Source: Akkermansia muciniphila
Lineage (GTDB): Bacteria > Verrucomicrobiota > Verrucomicrobiia > Verrucomicrobiales > Akkermansiaceae
Direction of reading: 5' to 3'
DNA: 64,000 nt
Assembly: GCA_945890645.1 (NCBI GenBank)
Contig: CAMDCV010000016.1
Location: 19,028 to 83,027, forward strand
Shown: one piece after another, positions 52,337-62,361 of the stretch
How the letters are laid out: each line of letters opens with the position of its first letter
Numbering within the stretch: position 1 is the first letter of the stretch
The notes under the pieces: model-generated
Databases searched by the model: none
What the model saw: the letters and a program-made list of their open reading frames with translations, nothing else
Told to the model about the DNA's origin: nothing
Made by a program: the position numbers and the translations under genes

Positions 52337-53908
52337 TCAGCGCTTATTGTCCTTGGTGTGATACGGCGGGCGATCAAAGGCGTCGTTTTCGAGTCTTGGA
52401 TCATTTTTTGTTTTGAGTTCGGTCATGAGCTGATCGCGCAGTTTTGTGAGAGTGGTGGAGTAGGACTCAACGGTAGCGAGGTTTTTGGTTTGATGGGAAT
52501 CTTTCGTTAGATCGTAGAGCTCTTCTTCGGGTCGTTTGGCCCAGGCGTAGTTGATGAAGGTTTCCATCCCAGCATCCTTGCGGTGGCTGACGAGCCAGGC
52601 CTTGGTGGGAGACATATCCATGTCAGGAAATGCGGCGTAGGTGTTTTTCACTAACTCCGCGAAAGTGGGTTCGGAGGTGTCGGTGACCTTGTAGGGATCA
52701 CCTGATGGCCATCGGTCCGGCTTGAAGTTTTTTACGTAGAGAAAGTCCGGGGTGCGGATCGCGCGAACGGGATAGGAATTGTGTTCAACTCTCGCAGCAC
52801 CGGCGTGACGCTCGCGTCCGATGAGCGCCCATCCGCGAAGTTTTGCATCGTCGCCTCCCTGAGCGAGTCCGGGCAATAAGTTTTGACCATCGGGATTATC
52901 GGGCGATTCCAGTCCGGCGGCAGCGAGGAATGTGGGTGCGAGGTCGATGAGGGATACGGGAACTCTCACGATGCGCTGGGGTAAAACACGTTGCGGCCAG
53001 CGGATGGCGAGTGGCACGGCGGAGCCAAAGTCGTGCACGTTGCACTTGCCGCGTGGGAAACCGGGAATGCCATGATCACCGGAAATGACGATGATGGTAT
53101 TGTCGAGTTCGCCCATTTCTTGTAACATGGCCACGAGCACACCGCAAGCAGCATCGAAGGCCATGACCTCGCCAAGATAGTCGGCCATGTCCTCGCGTAT
53201 TTCTGGCACGTCGGGCACCACCGGAGGCATTTTCCCTTTGAGGTCATCGGGGTTCAAATTCCACAGCGCTTTGCCAGAGCCTTGCACCCAGGTGCGATGG
53301 GTGTTGGTGGGATTGAACGAGTAAAAAAACGGCTGATCTTTTGTGCGCTTGGCAAGAAAGTGGCGGAAATTTTCTCTCACTTCTTCAAAGAGTTGTTCTT
53401 TCGCCGCTTGTTTGTCTTTCGCATCAGTGAGAATCTCGGAATAAGAATTCACCTTTTGGCCGGCTTTGTTGTAGAGGTTTTCCTTGCCGCCGATGATGCT
53501 GTCGCGCATGTGGAGTTTCAGGCTGTGGCCGATGTGATAGCCGCCATCGCGCAGGGTGAGGGGCATGCCTTTGATTTTCTCGAAGGGATCGGGCGTGCCT
53601 TTTTGCCAAGGGAAGTGGAGTTGTGAGTGGGAGCCATTGCGGAAAAAATGCCGACCTGTCACAAGAGCGGCGCGCGATGGGGTGCAGGACGGCACGGAGA
53701 CGAAGGCATTTTGGAAGAGTGCGCCTTCTTTTGCGATACGATCAAATACGGGGGTGGTGATGATGTCGTTAGGCGAGGGTTGTTTCGGATCGGCGTAAGC
53801 AGAGGCATAGCGACCGAGATCATCGGCGAAGAGTAGGAGGATGTTCGGTCTATCTTCTGCGACGCAGGCCGTGCAGAGTATGATAGCCATGAGGAAGTAT
53901 TTTTTCAT
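52337..53908 (-). CDS. sulfatase (formylglycine-dependent arylsulfatase family)
   Basis: Signal peptide, NILLLFADDLG, the formylglycine motif SCTPSRAALVTGR, and GDHG later in the protein. Confidence 0.9.
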   Translation of the reverse strand: MKKYFLMAIILCTACVAEDRPNILLLFADDLGRYASAYADPKQPSPNDIITTPVFDRIAKEGALFQNAFVSVPSCTPSRAALVTGRHFFRNGSHSQLHFPWQKGTPDPFEKIKGMPLTLRDGGYHIGHSLKLHMRDSIIGGKENLYNKAGQKVNSYSEILTDAKDKQAAKEQLFEEVRENFRHFLAKRTKDQPFFYSFNPTNTHRTWVQGSGKALWNLNPDDLKGKMPPVVPDVPEIREDMADYLGEVMAFDAACGVLVAMLQEMGELDNTIIVISGDHGIPGFPRGKCNVHDFGSAVPLAIRWPQRVLPQRIVRVPVSLIDLAPTFLAAAGLESPDNPDGQNLLPGLAQGGDDAKLRGWALIGRERHAGAARVEHNSYPVRAIRTPDFLYVKNFKPDRWPSGDPYKVTDTSEPTFAELVKNTYAAFPDMDMSPTKAWLVSHRKDAGMETFINYAWAKRPEEELYDLTKDSHQTKNLATVESYSTTLTKLRDQLMTELKTKNDPRLENDAFDRPPYHTKDNKR

Positions 53909-54037
53909 GGAGAATGTTGGGTTGATACGAATCGATGGAGATAGCTTTTCCGAAAGGATACAAGGTGTCCTAGTACAAGACCGCCACGTGCAAATGTAAC
54001 TTGACGCACGTGATAAATCATCACTATTTTTTTCAAA

Positions 54038-55276
54038 ATGTTAAAGATGTTTGTGCGAAATTCTGTGGCAGCAGCTTTGGTGGCTCTGTTGGCTTCCTGT
54101 GGGAATTCGCCACAACCGCAGTGGTTGATGCCGACGCCTGTGCTCTATCAGGGTGGTCGTGTCGATCCCTTTGCCCACCTTCCGGCTCATGAGCGGCGGA
54201 CTGAAGTGGACGTTTTTTTTGCTACGAATCGTGAAGCCAAAGGGGATCACTACGGTGATAATCTGAGCGATGAACTCCGACTCGGGCGGGCGACAATGGC
54301 ACTGGGTGAAAATTCCGATTCGTGGCAATCATTGGTCGTTGCCTCGACAACACATCCGCGTGAGAGAGCGATGCCGGTGCGATTGTTAGACTCTGCGGAA
54401 GTGGGTCAGGATGCGGATGCTGCGGCGGTCACTCGATGGGCGGGGGATGTGGATCGCGCGCTGCGTCGTACGTTGACTCGCGACATTGTGATTTATGTGC
54501 ATGGGGCCAAGGTGGGGTTTCATCATTCGTGTGCGTTTGCGGCGGAGTTGGATCATTTCAGCGGTCGCGATTTTACTCCTGTAGCATTTGATTGGCCTAC
54601 GCATCAGGATATTTTTTCGTATCTAGATCGGGTGGATTTGCAGCATGCTCGTCGATCCTCCTCACGCTTGGCACAAACGATTCGTGTGTTATCTGAGCGG
54701 ACATCAGTGGAGCGCATTCACATTGTTTCTTGGAGTGCGGGTGCGCGAGTGCATTCTCGTGCTTTGGCGGAACTGGCTGCGGTAGATGGGGCGGCATCGC
54801 GCAAGCGATATCGATTGGGTGTGCAGGCCTTTGCGGCCAGTGATGTGCCCGTGAAAGATTTTCTGGAGAGGCTGCCGGGCATTCATGCTATTAGCGATCG
54901 GGTGATCGTGTATTTATCGGATGCGGATTCGCCATTGAAGTGGGCGGCGCGGTTGATGGGCGGCGGTCGGCGTTTGGGATTTGAACCGGGTGCTTTGAGC
55001 GAGGGAGAACTGCAAGCGTTGCGAACGATGCCGCGCCTTGAGGTGATCGACGTTTCGTATGGCAAGCAATGGCGTGGCTTTGACATCACAGGACATCGTT
55101 ATTGGTTCCAGCATTCTTGGGCCAATAGCGATCTGGTGCTTGCCTTGCGCACAGGGGCAAGAGCGGCAGATCGTGGTCTGCGTCCGGCCCCTGTGAAGGG
55201 GGTGTGGTATTTCGGGGCGCAGTACCCGCAGCGTGTGGCAACAGCGGGAAAAAATCTCACTGGTGGTCAGTGGTGA
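54038..55276 (+). CDS. alpha/beta-hydrolase-fold lipoprotein (DUF900-like)
   Basis: Lipobox ALLASC. VIYVHGAKVGFHHS and the nucleophile-elbow-like IHIVSWSAGARV. Confidence 0.7.
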   Translation: MLKMFVRNSVAAALVALLASCGNSPQPQWLMPTPVLYQGGRVDPFAHLPAHERRTEVDVFFATNREAKGDHYGDNLSDELRLGRATMALGENSDSWQSLVVASTTHPRERAMPVRLLDSAEVGQDADAAAVTRWAGDVDRALRRTLTRDIVIYVHGAKVGFHHSCAFAAELDHFSGRDFTPVAFDWPTHQDIFSYLDRVDLQHARRSSSRLAQTIRVLSERTSVERIHIVSWSAGARVHSRALAELAAVDGAASRKRYRLGVQAFAASDVPVKDFLERLPGIHAISDRVIVYLSDADSPLKWAARLMGGGRRLGFEPGALSEGELQALRTMPRLEVIDVSYGKQWRGFDITGHRYWFQHSWANSDLVLALRTGARAADRGLRPAPVKGVWYFGAQYPQRVATAGKNLTGGQW

Positions 55277-55379
55277 TGGCATGGTGCGAGGGGGAATGGT
55301 CATCATTTCTGATATTCGATATCCTCCTCATGAATGATTTAAGCGGTTGATATTGGGATAAAGAACGATACGTTGCGCG

Positions 55380-55745
55380 ATGCCATCGAATGTATTGGGT
55401 CAATCTCTCGAAGCCTGCTGTCAAAGTCCGCGCACGGGATTTTATCGTGATGGGTATTGTCGGACAGGGCCTCAGGACACGGGGCTGCATACGGTGTGTG
55501 CGGTGATGACAGATGAGTTTCTCTCGTTTACTCGTCGTCGTGGAAACGATCTCTCGACTCCGCGTCCGGAATTTGATTTTCCCGGATTGCAGGCGGGCGA
55601 CCGCTGGTGCCTGTGTGTCAGTCGCTGGGCGGAGGCGTTGCGCGAAGGTGTTGCGCCAACCGTGGTGCTGGAAGCGACTCATGTAAGCGCCTTGGAGTTT
55701 GTGACACTCGAAGATCTGCGCTCGCGGGAATTTCAGGAGGAGTGA
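55380..55745 (+). CDS. DUF2237-family protein
   Basis: NVLGQSLEACCQSPRTGFYRDGYCRTGPQDTGLHTVCAVMTDEFL is the conserved DUF2237 N-terminus. Confidence 0.85.
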   Translation: MPSNVLGQSLEACCQSPRTGFYRDGYCRTGPQDTGLHTVCAVMTDEFLSFTRRRGNDLSTPRPEFDFPGLQAGDRWCLCVSRWAEALREGVAPTVVLEATHVSALEFVTLEDLRSREFQEE

Positions 55746-55799
55746 ATGTTGTAAAGCGACTGTCGCTTGCAAATGGTGGCATTTCGCGTAGCGTGGCGC

Positions 55800-56810
55800 A
55801 TGATCGACAATTTTCATGGTTGGGCAGCAGCGAAGGCAGGGGAATCTCTGAAGCCGATTTCTTATCTAGCGGGGCCATTAGGAGCCGAGGAAGTGCAGAT
55901 TCGCGTGGAATCTTGTGGCATTTGTCACTCGGATTTGTCGATGATCGATAACGACTGGGGTACGACTGTATATCCGTTAGTCGCAGGGCATGAGGCGATT
56001 GGTGTCATCGAACACGCGGGCGATCAGGTCAAGGGATTGGCGGTGGGTGATCGCGTGGGCTTGGGATGGTTTGCAGGGTCGTGCATGAGTTGTCGTCCTT
56101 GTTTGTCGGGGCGGCATCAATTGTGCGGTAGTACTGAGCAAACGATTGTCGGTCGTCATGGTGGTTTTGCGGATCGCGTGCGGGCGCATTGGAGCTGGGC
56201 GATTCCTTTGCCATCGGGGATCAATCCCGATCTTGCGGGGCCGTTGTTTTGCGGTGGCATCACGGTGTTTGCGCCGATTGTCGATTGCGGCGTGAAACCG
56301 ACGGATCGCGTGGGAGTTATCGGCATTGGTGGACTCGGGCATTTGGCATTGCAATTTTTGAATAAGTGGGGGTGTCATGTGACGGCCTTCACTAGTAGCG
56401 ACAGCAAGGCGGAGGAAGCGAAGCAACTGGGCGCGCACGAAGTTCTGAATTCGCGGGATACCGAGGCGATGAAACGCGCTGCGGGGAGTTTTGATTTTAT
56501 TCTATCGACGGTGAACGTGCCGCTCGATTGGAGTTCGTATTTGAATTTGCTGGCACCGGATGGCACGTTGCATTTCGTCGGGGCGGTTCTGGAGCCGATT
56601 GAAGTTGCGGCTTTCTCCTTAATTGGCGGCAGGAAAAAAATCTCTGGCTCGCCTTTGGGATCGCCGGCAACGGTACGCGATATGTTAGATTTCTGTGCCC
56701 GTCATCAGATCGCGCCCCAGACGGAGATGTTTGCGATGAGCGAGGTGAACGATGCTATCGAACACTTGCGCGCTGGTAAAGCGCGGTATCGCTTGGTGTT
56801 GAAGGCGTGA
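55800..56810 (+). CDS. zinc-dependent NAD(P) alcohol dehydrogenase (cinnamyl-ADH/YahK-like)
   Basis: GICHSDL, GHEAIGVI, the structural-zinc Cys cluster CMSCRPCLSGRHQLC, and the NAD fold GIGGLGH. ATG 55800 is preferred over the track start 55767. Confidence 0.9.
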   Translation: MIDNFHGWAAAKAGESLKPISYLAGPLGAEEVQIRVESCGICHSDLSMIDNDWGTTVYPLVAGHEAIGVIEHAGDQVKGLAVGDRVGLGWFAGSCMSCRPCLSGRHQLCGSTEQTIVGRHGGFADRVRAHWSWAIPLPSGINPDLAGPLFCGGITVFAPIVDCGVKPTDRVGVIGIGGLGHLALQFLNKWGCHVTAFTSSDSKAEEAKQLGAHEVLNSRDTEAMKRAAGSFDFILSTVNVPLDWSSYLNLLAPDGTLHFVGAVLEPIEVAAFSLIGGRKKISGSPLGSPATVRDMLDFCARHQIAPQTEMFAMSEVNDAIEHLRAGKARYRLVLKA

Positions 56811-56874
56811 GATGTTCTCGTTGTTTGGAATTTTTCCTGAAATGGTTGGACTTTCCATAAGGAAATTTTTCAAG

Positions 56875-56907
56875 CACTGAAACACTGAAGACCACTGAAG
56901 GCACTGA
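56875..56907 (+). repeat. four direct copies of CACTGA spaced 8-10 nt apart, followed by a T7 run
   Basis: CACTGA occurs at 56875, 56883, 56893 and 56902, then TTTTTTT at 56908-56914. A degenerate CACTAA lies a few nt further on. The array sits in the convergent intergenic spacer. Confidence 0.6.
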
Positions 56908-57052
56908 TTTTTTTAACCACTAAATACGCAGAATACACGAAAGGTTGATTCGGTATGGGAAGTCTCTCAAGAATTCTTTTCTTAGGTCTTATGTCTGGAA
57001 GCGCAGTGGTCTTCTTCCTTGTGGATAATTTCTGATTTTTTACTGCGCTAGA

Positions 57053-58216
57053 TCACGGTGATTTGGTGTTTTTGGAACCAGTTGTGGAGGGTGGGGAAGT
57101 GGGACGTTTGTTTTCGGCAGAGGCGAACTTTTGATGTTCTTCGCTGGTGACAAAGGCATCCTTGTTCGCATCGAGGCGATCGAAGAGCACGCGTGGTCCG
57201 TGAAATTCATCACGGGCGATTTTTCCATCGCGGTTGCTGTCGTGACGGGTGAGAATTTGCGCGAAGGTGGGGAGTTGTCGATTGCCGGCATCGGGTCGTG
57301 CCACGGCGGAATCGGCCTTGCTGTTGGTGGCTAGGGCAGTTGGTGTGGTGGTTTTCATTTCGCCTTTGAGCTGGAGATCAAAAAAGGCTTGGACCATCGG
57401 TAGGATTTCAGGACCGGTGAATCCTTGGCCGTGGGCGGCACCGTGAATGGTATGAAAATGCACGCTGCGATTAGCGGTTTTGAGCGAGGTGAAGAGCAAC
57501 TCACTTTGTTGGATTGGAACCACGGGATCCTTGTCGCCGTGGACGATGAGAAAGGGAGGATCGTCTGTGCTCACGTAGGTGAGGGGATTGGCGGCGGTGG
57601 CTTGGTCGGGCTTTTCCTTCACGGTGCCGCCGAGTAAGAGGGACTCGGGTGAGGTGGCCGAGGAGTGGTTTTCATAACCGGGATGCGTGACAAAGGCTTT
57701 GAAATCGGTGGGGCCAAAATAGTCGCAGACTGCTTGGACGCGGCTGGATTGATCGAGGTGATCGCCGACATCAAAGGCTTTCACATCGCCACTGGTGCCG
57801 ACGAGTGCGGCGAGATGTCCACCGGCGGAGCTGCCCCAAACGCCGAAGCGTGCAGGATCGATTTGGTATGTCGTGGCGTTTGCGCGCAACCAGCGAATGG
57901 CGGCTTTGCAGTCTTCGATTTGCGCGGGGAAAATGGCATGGCCGCTGAGGCGGTAGTTGATGCTGGCGATGGCGTAACCGCGTTCGAGCCAACCTTGTCG
58001 GAGTGGTAGGCAGTTTTCCTTGCTACCATTTTGCCAACCGCCGCCGTGAATCCAGATGATTAGTGGCGCAGGGCGGTCGGTTTTTTCTGGAAGGTAGAGA
58101 TCGAGCTTGTGTCGCTCGTGTGCCTTGGTGGAGTAGGTGAGATCGCGAAGTGTTACAGACGCAGCTGTGGACCAAGAGGCGAGGAGTAATAGTAGTAAGA
58201 GGCGGAGCGTGTTCAT
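57053..58216 (-). CDS. secreted alpha/beta-hydrolase (esterase/lipase, HGGG type) with a C-terminal EF-hand pair
   Basis: Signal peptide, IWIHGGGWQNGSK, nucleophile GSSAGGHLA, and the C-terminal EF loops DSNRDGKIARDE and DANKDAFVTSEE. Confidence 0.85.
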   Translation of the reverse strand: MNTLRLLLLLLLASWSTAASVTLRDLTYSTKAHERHKLDLYLPEKTDRPAPLIIWIHGGGWQNGSKENCLPLRQGWLERGYAIASINYRLSGHAIFPAQIEDCKAAIRWLRANATTYQIDPARFGVWGSSAGGHLAALVGTSGDVKAFDVGDHLDQSSRVQAVCDYFGPTDFKAFVTHPGYENHSSATSPESLLLGGTVKEKPDQATAANPLTYVSTDDPPFLIVHGDKDPVVPIQQSELLFTSLKTANRSVHFHTIHGAAHGQGFTGPEILPMVQAFFDLQLKGEMKTTTPTALATNSKADSAVARPDAGNRQLPTFAQILTRHDSNRDGKIARDEFHGPRVLFDRLDANKDAFVTSEEHQKFASAENKRPTSPPSTTGSKNTKSP

Positions 58217-58288
58217 CGGCGTGTATGTTATACGGATGAACCCAGCAAGAAGGAAGAAGTTGCGGAGGGATGTGCTTAGTGATCCGTA

Positions 58289-60244
58289 TTATTTTTGCGA
58301 TGAGAAATCGATGGTTCGTTGGAAGGGACCGACGTTGATTTTGATATAGGGGCTGCCGAAGGGGGCGTTGATATAAGGGCTATCGTACACTTTTGCGGGG
58401 CGGAGTTCGAGGGGTTCTCCGTTCATGAGGGGGAGAGTGAATTTGTCGAAGGCTTTTGGATCGTAGCGATTCATTACGAGTTGTTGTGCGCCGAATTGGT
58501 AATCCACTTTCTCCGGGGTGACGCTCAAGCGATTCGCTAACACGGTGGTTTGGAATTTCTCGAATGTTTCATGTGTGGTGATATCGCCTGCGTAGAGTAG
58601 GATGCGCGAGCTGTCTTCGGGGCCGCTGAAGTTGGCGGGGTTGGCATCAAGCTTTTTTGCATCCCATTGGTGCGGGCCATCGAGAAATTTGATGCCGACG
58701 AAGGCCTTACCATTAGTGGCGAAAATCCAGCCCTTTGACTCGGTTTTTTTGAGATTTTCGCCTTCGAAGCGGATGCCGATTTTGCCGGTATTGTAAGACC
58801 CCATTGTGCTTTTGTCGTGGCGGGCGATGCGCTGGACGAGAAGCACATTTTCGTGCTGCACGCTCCAGAAGGAGTTTTGCGGGCGTCCGCCGCCGGGGTG
58901 TTCGATGACGATGTGAACGCCGCTGGGTTTGGCAGTGGTGGGGTCATCGAAGAGAATGCCGCAGGCGCGCTTTTGGCGTGAAATGCCAGCGTATTTAAGA
59001 AGTGGCGCACCACCTGCCGGATCGGGCATGTTGAGTGCGGGATTTTGTAAAGTAGAGCCTAACAGGTAATGTGAAGTACGATAAGCATAGTTGATCAGTG
59101 CTGAGTCAGCCGTCATGCGTTGTCCGTCTCCTTTCGCGGGTTGGCCTGCGTCTAATTCGCCGAGGATGCGGTTGCGGATAATGATGGGTTGAGTGATGGG
59201 GAATGTGTTGTTGGCGAGTAGGATTGCGGCGGCGGGGAGTTGGTAGCGGCTGGTCTCGATGACGCGTGAGTGGCTCGAACCAGCGGGCTTCCCGGTGGCG
59301 GCGTGGAGGAGGTTTTTATATGATTCAAAAGCATTCGATTCGTATTCGCCACGACTGCGACCACCGCCGCGACGTCCTTGCACCGAGAGCTGCGCTTCTT
59401 CTACGAAAGCGAGATCGAGCAATAAACCGAAGCGATAGCGGATGATGGGATCGGGCGCGAGCTCGTGAAGATTGAAGAGCGCGGGCCACGAGTATTTTTG
59501 ATAAGTGTTCGATCCCACCTCGACCCACAGACCACTGGCAGCTCGTCGGCGCGGCCATTCGCGGAAGAAGGTAGTGTAGGCGTCGGCATGCTCCATGACG
59601 GTGTGGCCATCGGCAAACTTGCGATTTTGATAGGTGGGATCGTCCTTGAGCAGTGCGGTGATGAGATAGTGGTTTGGGCGACGCGAGAGGTCGTGGTTTT
59701 CGGTGCCTAACAAAAGGAATAGATCATCGGGCCCGGCATCGGCGAGTCGACTATCAATACTGACCCAGATCCACAGCGCTTCTCTCATCGCGGTCTCGGT
59801 GTCGGGTTTGAGGCGACCCGGAAAATGCGGACTCATAGTGCCGAAAAGGTATAAAGTGCGCACGTAATCCGTGAGAGAAAAATAGCTCCACGGCGTGTCG
59901 TTCTCGCTTTTCGGTAAGAACGCGGGGCTAGTTGCATTGCTGCGTTTGCGCTCGATGTATTCGTGTGCGCGTTTTAGCAATCGGGCATTAGCGGCATCGT
60001 TTTTTTCATTGAGAGAAAGTGCGGCCAAGGTCCAGAGGTTGTCGCCCCACACCCCATCGGGCCAGCACGTGTCTTTGGCGATGGTTTTACGTAAAGATGC
60101 CTCACGTAGCTTGAGTGAGTTCGCATGGGTTTCAGCGATGAGTGCTTCGAAATTTGACGATGCAGGAGAATGCAGCGTTGGCTCCACAGCGTTTAGAATT
60201 ACGATTGGTATCAAAAATCCCGCACTGAAAAGACGTGATAACAT
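58289..60244 (-). CDS. hypothetical secreted protein (651 aa), possibly a polysaccharide lyase/heparinase-like fold
   Basis: Signal-like N-terminus. A helical N-terminal half is followed by a beta-rich C-terminal half. The fold suggestion is a guess from this layout only. Confidence 0.55.
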   Translation of the reverse strand: MLSRLFSAGFLIPIVILNAVEPTLHSPASSNFEALIAETHANSLKLREASLRKTIAKDTCWPDGVWGDNLWTLAALSLNEKNDAANARLLKRAHEYIERKRSNATSPAFLPKSENDTPWSYFSLTDYVRTLYLFGTMSPHFPGRLKPDTETAMREALWIWVSIDSRLADAGPDDLFLLLGTENHDLSRRPNHYLITALLKDDPTYQNRKFADGHTVMEHADAYTTFFREWPRRRAASGLWVEVGSNTYQKYSWPALFNLHELAPDPIIRYRFGLLLDLAFVEEAQLSVQGRRGGGRSRGEYESNAFESYKNLLHAATGKPAGSSHSRVIETSRYQLPAAAILLANNTFPITQPIIIRNRILGELDAGQPAKGDGQRMTADSALINYAYRTSHYLLGSTLQNPALNMPDPAGGAPLLKYAGISRQKRACGILFDDPTTAKPSGVHIVIEHPGGGRPQNSFWSVQHENVLLVQRIARHDKSTMGSYNTGKIGIRFEGENLKKTESKGWIFATNGKAFVGIKFLDGPHQWDAKKLDANPANFSGPEDSSRILLYAGDITTHETFEKFQTTVLANRLSVTPEKVDYQFGAQQLVMNRYDPKAFDKFTLPLMNGEPLELRPAKVYDSPYINAPFGSPYIKINVGPFQRTIDFSSQK

Positions 60245-60326
60245 AGCCCTTACATACGCTTGTAAGGAATGTTATACTTTCACGACATTGATGGGATTTT
60301 GGTATTTCGCTTAAAGAGGATTCGAC

Positions 60327-61085
60327 TTATTTTTTCTTTTTCGACAAAGCTTTGATCAACAATATTGCCGTTGCTTCGCTGGATGTGGGGTTTTGGCCAG
60401 TGATCAGATTTCCGTCACGGACGGCATGAGCGGTGAAGTTTTCTTTGATTTCCATTATGGCTCCCAATTCGCGCAGTTTGGATTCGAGTAAGAAGGGCAC
60501 CTCTTTCTCCAGTTCGACCGCACGCTCCTCCGCATCAGTAAAAGCAGCCATCTTTTTTCCCTTCACCAGCGGGCTACCGTCTTTTCGCATGACCTTTACG
60601 AGTGCTGCTGGTCCGTGGCATACGGAGGCAATTAGCTTGCCCTGCGTGTCGAACTCCTGAATCAGTTTTGCGGCTGCGGCATGATCTGCGAGATCAAACA
60701 TGACACCGTGACCACCCGGAATAAAAATAGCCGCATAGCCTGTTGCCGAGACATCCGTAAGCGGCTTGGTTTCGCGCAAGCGCTGAGCGGCATCCTTCCA
60801 TGCAGCTTCCTGTTCTGGAGTCGGTTTACTGCGCGGATCAATGGGAGCGGCGCCTCCTTTTGGAGTAAACACTTCGATCTGATATCCTGCCTTGACGAAA
60901 GCGTTGTAGGGAACGGCAAACTCTTCGAGCCAGAGACCCGTCGGTTTGCCATTTGTCATTTTGTCAGCACTAGTCACCAGCACGAAAATCGTTTTTTTTT
61001 CTGCAGCGGAGAGCGCAGTGAAACTGGCAAGGAATGCGACAAGGAGGCTGATTCCTTTACCGAATCGAGTTTTTAGGAGAATCAT
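60327..61085 (-). CDS. DJ-1/PfpI-family (type 1 glutamine amidotransferase-like) protein, secreted
   Basis: Signal peptide, IFIPGGHGVMFDL, and the nucleophile elbow SVCHGPAAL. Confidence 0.85.
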   Translation of the reverse strand: MILLKTRFGKGISLLVAFLASFTALSAAEKKTIFVLVTSADKMTNGKPTGLWLEEFAVPYNAFVKAGYQIEVFTPKGGAAPIDPRSKPTPEQEAAWKDAAQRLRETKPLTDVSATGYAAIFIPGGHGVMFDLADHAAAAKLIQEFDTQGKLIASVCHGPAALVKVMRKDGSPLVKGKKMAAFTDAEERAVELEKEVPFLLESKLRELGAIMEIKENFTAHAVRDGNLITGQNPTSSEATAILLIKALSKKKK

Positions 61086-61202
61086 AAGTAGTGCAATAGA
61101 GTCGATATAATCCTTGTGTCAATGGGGGAAAGGCAGTTTTCATGAAGCTAGAGCTTCTCCCTGATTGATAGATGTTATTGTTTGGTTTCGTATCATTTTT
61201 CG

Positions 61203-62168
61203 ATGAAACCGATTGTATCCTTTTTTGCGGCCTCGCTCCTTCTCGCGCTCCCTGCTGCTGCGGCGGAGAAACTCAAAGCCCTCATCGTTGATGGACAGAA
61301 TAATCACGCGGTGTGGCCGAAGTCCACGGTGATGATGAAACAATACCTCGAAGGCAGTGGCTTGTTTGAAGTTGAGGTAGCTCGCACGCGTTTTATCTCG
61401 AATCACAAACGCGAGGAATCTTGGCTGCCACTCGCAGGTGCGCCCGAAGCGGAAGGCAAAGATAAGCCGATGCCGGATCCCAATTTTTCGCCTGACTTTT
61501 CGAAGTATAGCATCGTGGTCAGCAACTTCGGTTACGGCGCCGCGGATTGGCCCGAGCAGACGCGGAAAAATTTAGAGGATTACATGAAAAACGGTGGCGG
61601 GCTAGTGGTCGTGCATGCAGCAAACAATAGTTGGGCGAATTGGCCGGAATTCAATAAAATGATTGGCCTCGGTGGCTGGGGCGGTCGCAATGAAAAATCG
61701 GGTCCGTATGTTTATTACGATGCACAGGGAAAAGTCATTCGCGATGACAGCGCTGGCAAGTGCGGGGGACACGGGCCGCAGAGCGAATTCCTTATCACAA
61801 TGCGCGATAAAACGCATCCGATCACCAAAGGCGTGCCCGATTTCTGGATGCACAGCAAAGACGAGTGCTACTCACGTCTGCGCGGTCCTGCTGAAAACAT
61901 GACGATCCTCGCGACTGCTGCTGACACACCTGAGCTCAAGAAAGATGGTCGTAATGAACCGATGTTGATGGTGCTCAGCTACGGCAAGGGTCGTGTTTTT
62001 CATACCACATTAGGCCACGATACCGAGGCATTTGAAGGTGTAGGTTTCATCGTGACCTTCCTCCGCGGTTCCGAGTGGGCGGCGACAGGAAAAGTAACGC
62101 AAGCGATCCCTGCGGATTTTCCTTCGCCAGAAAAACCTGCTGCGCGCGCGTTTGAGTTGAAGAAATAA
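61203..62168 (+). CDS. ThuA-domain protein
   Basis: Signal peptide from ATG 61203. ALIVDGQNNHAVWP, GGGLVVVHAANNSW and FHTTLGHD. Confidence 0.8.
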   Translation: MKPIVSFFAASLLLALPAAAAEKLKALIVDGQNNHAVWPKSTVMMKQYLEGSGLFEVEVARTRFISNHKREESWLPLAGAPEAEGKDKPMPDPNFSPDFSKYSIVVSNFGYGAADWPEQTRKNLEDYMKNGGGLVVVHAANNSWANWPEFNKMIGLGGWGGRNEKSGPYVYYDAQGKVIRDDSAGKCGGHGPQSEFLITMRDKTHPITKGVPDFWMHSKDECYSRLRGPAENMTILATAADTPELKKDGRNEPMLMVLSYGKGRVFHTTLGHDTEAFEGVGFIVTFLRGSEWAATGKVTQAIPADFPSPEKPAARAFELKK

Positions 62169-62361
62169 GCGGTCACTACCGTGGCGGCGGCATTTTGCCG
62201 CCCTGTCTCATCGTGCAATAGTGAATAGTGGCATTTTTCTAACCGATCACAATGAACCAATCACTCGATTCTCGCAGATAAGTGATCACTGATCAGTGCG
62301 ACTTTGCACTTGATTTGGCTTTTCATTTTTTACTCTGCGGATACGATTGGTTGATACGCAA

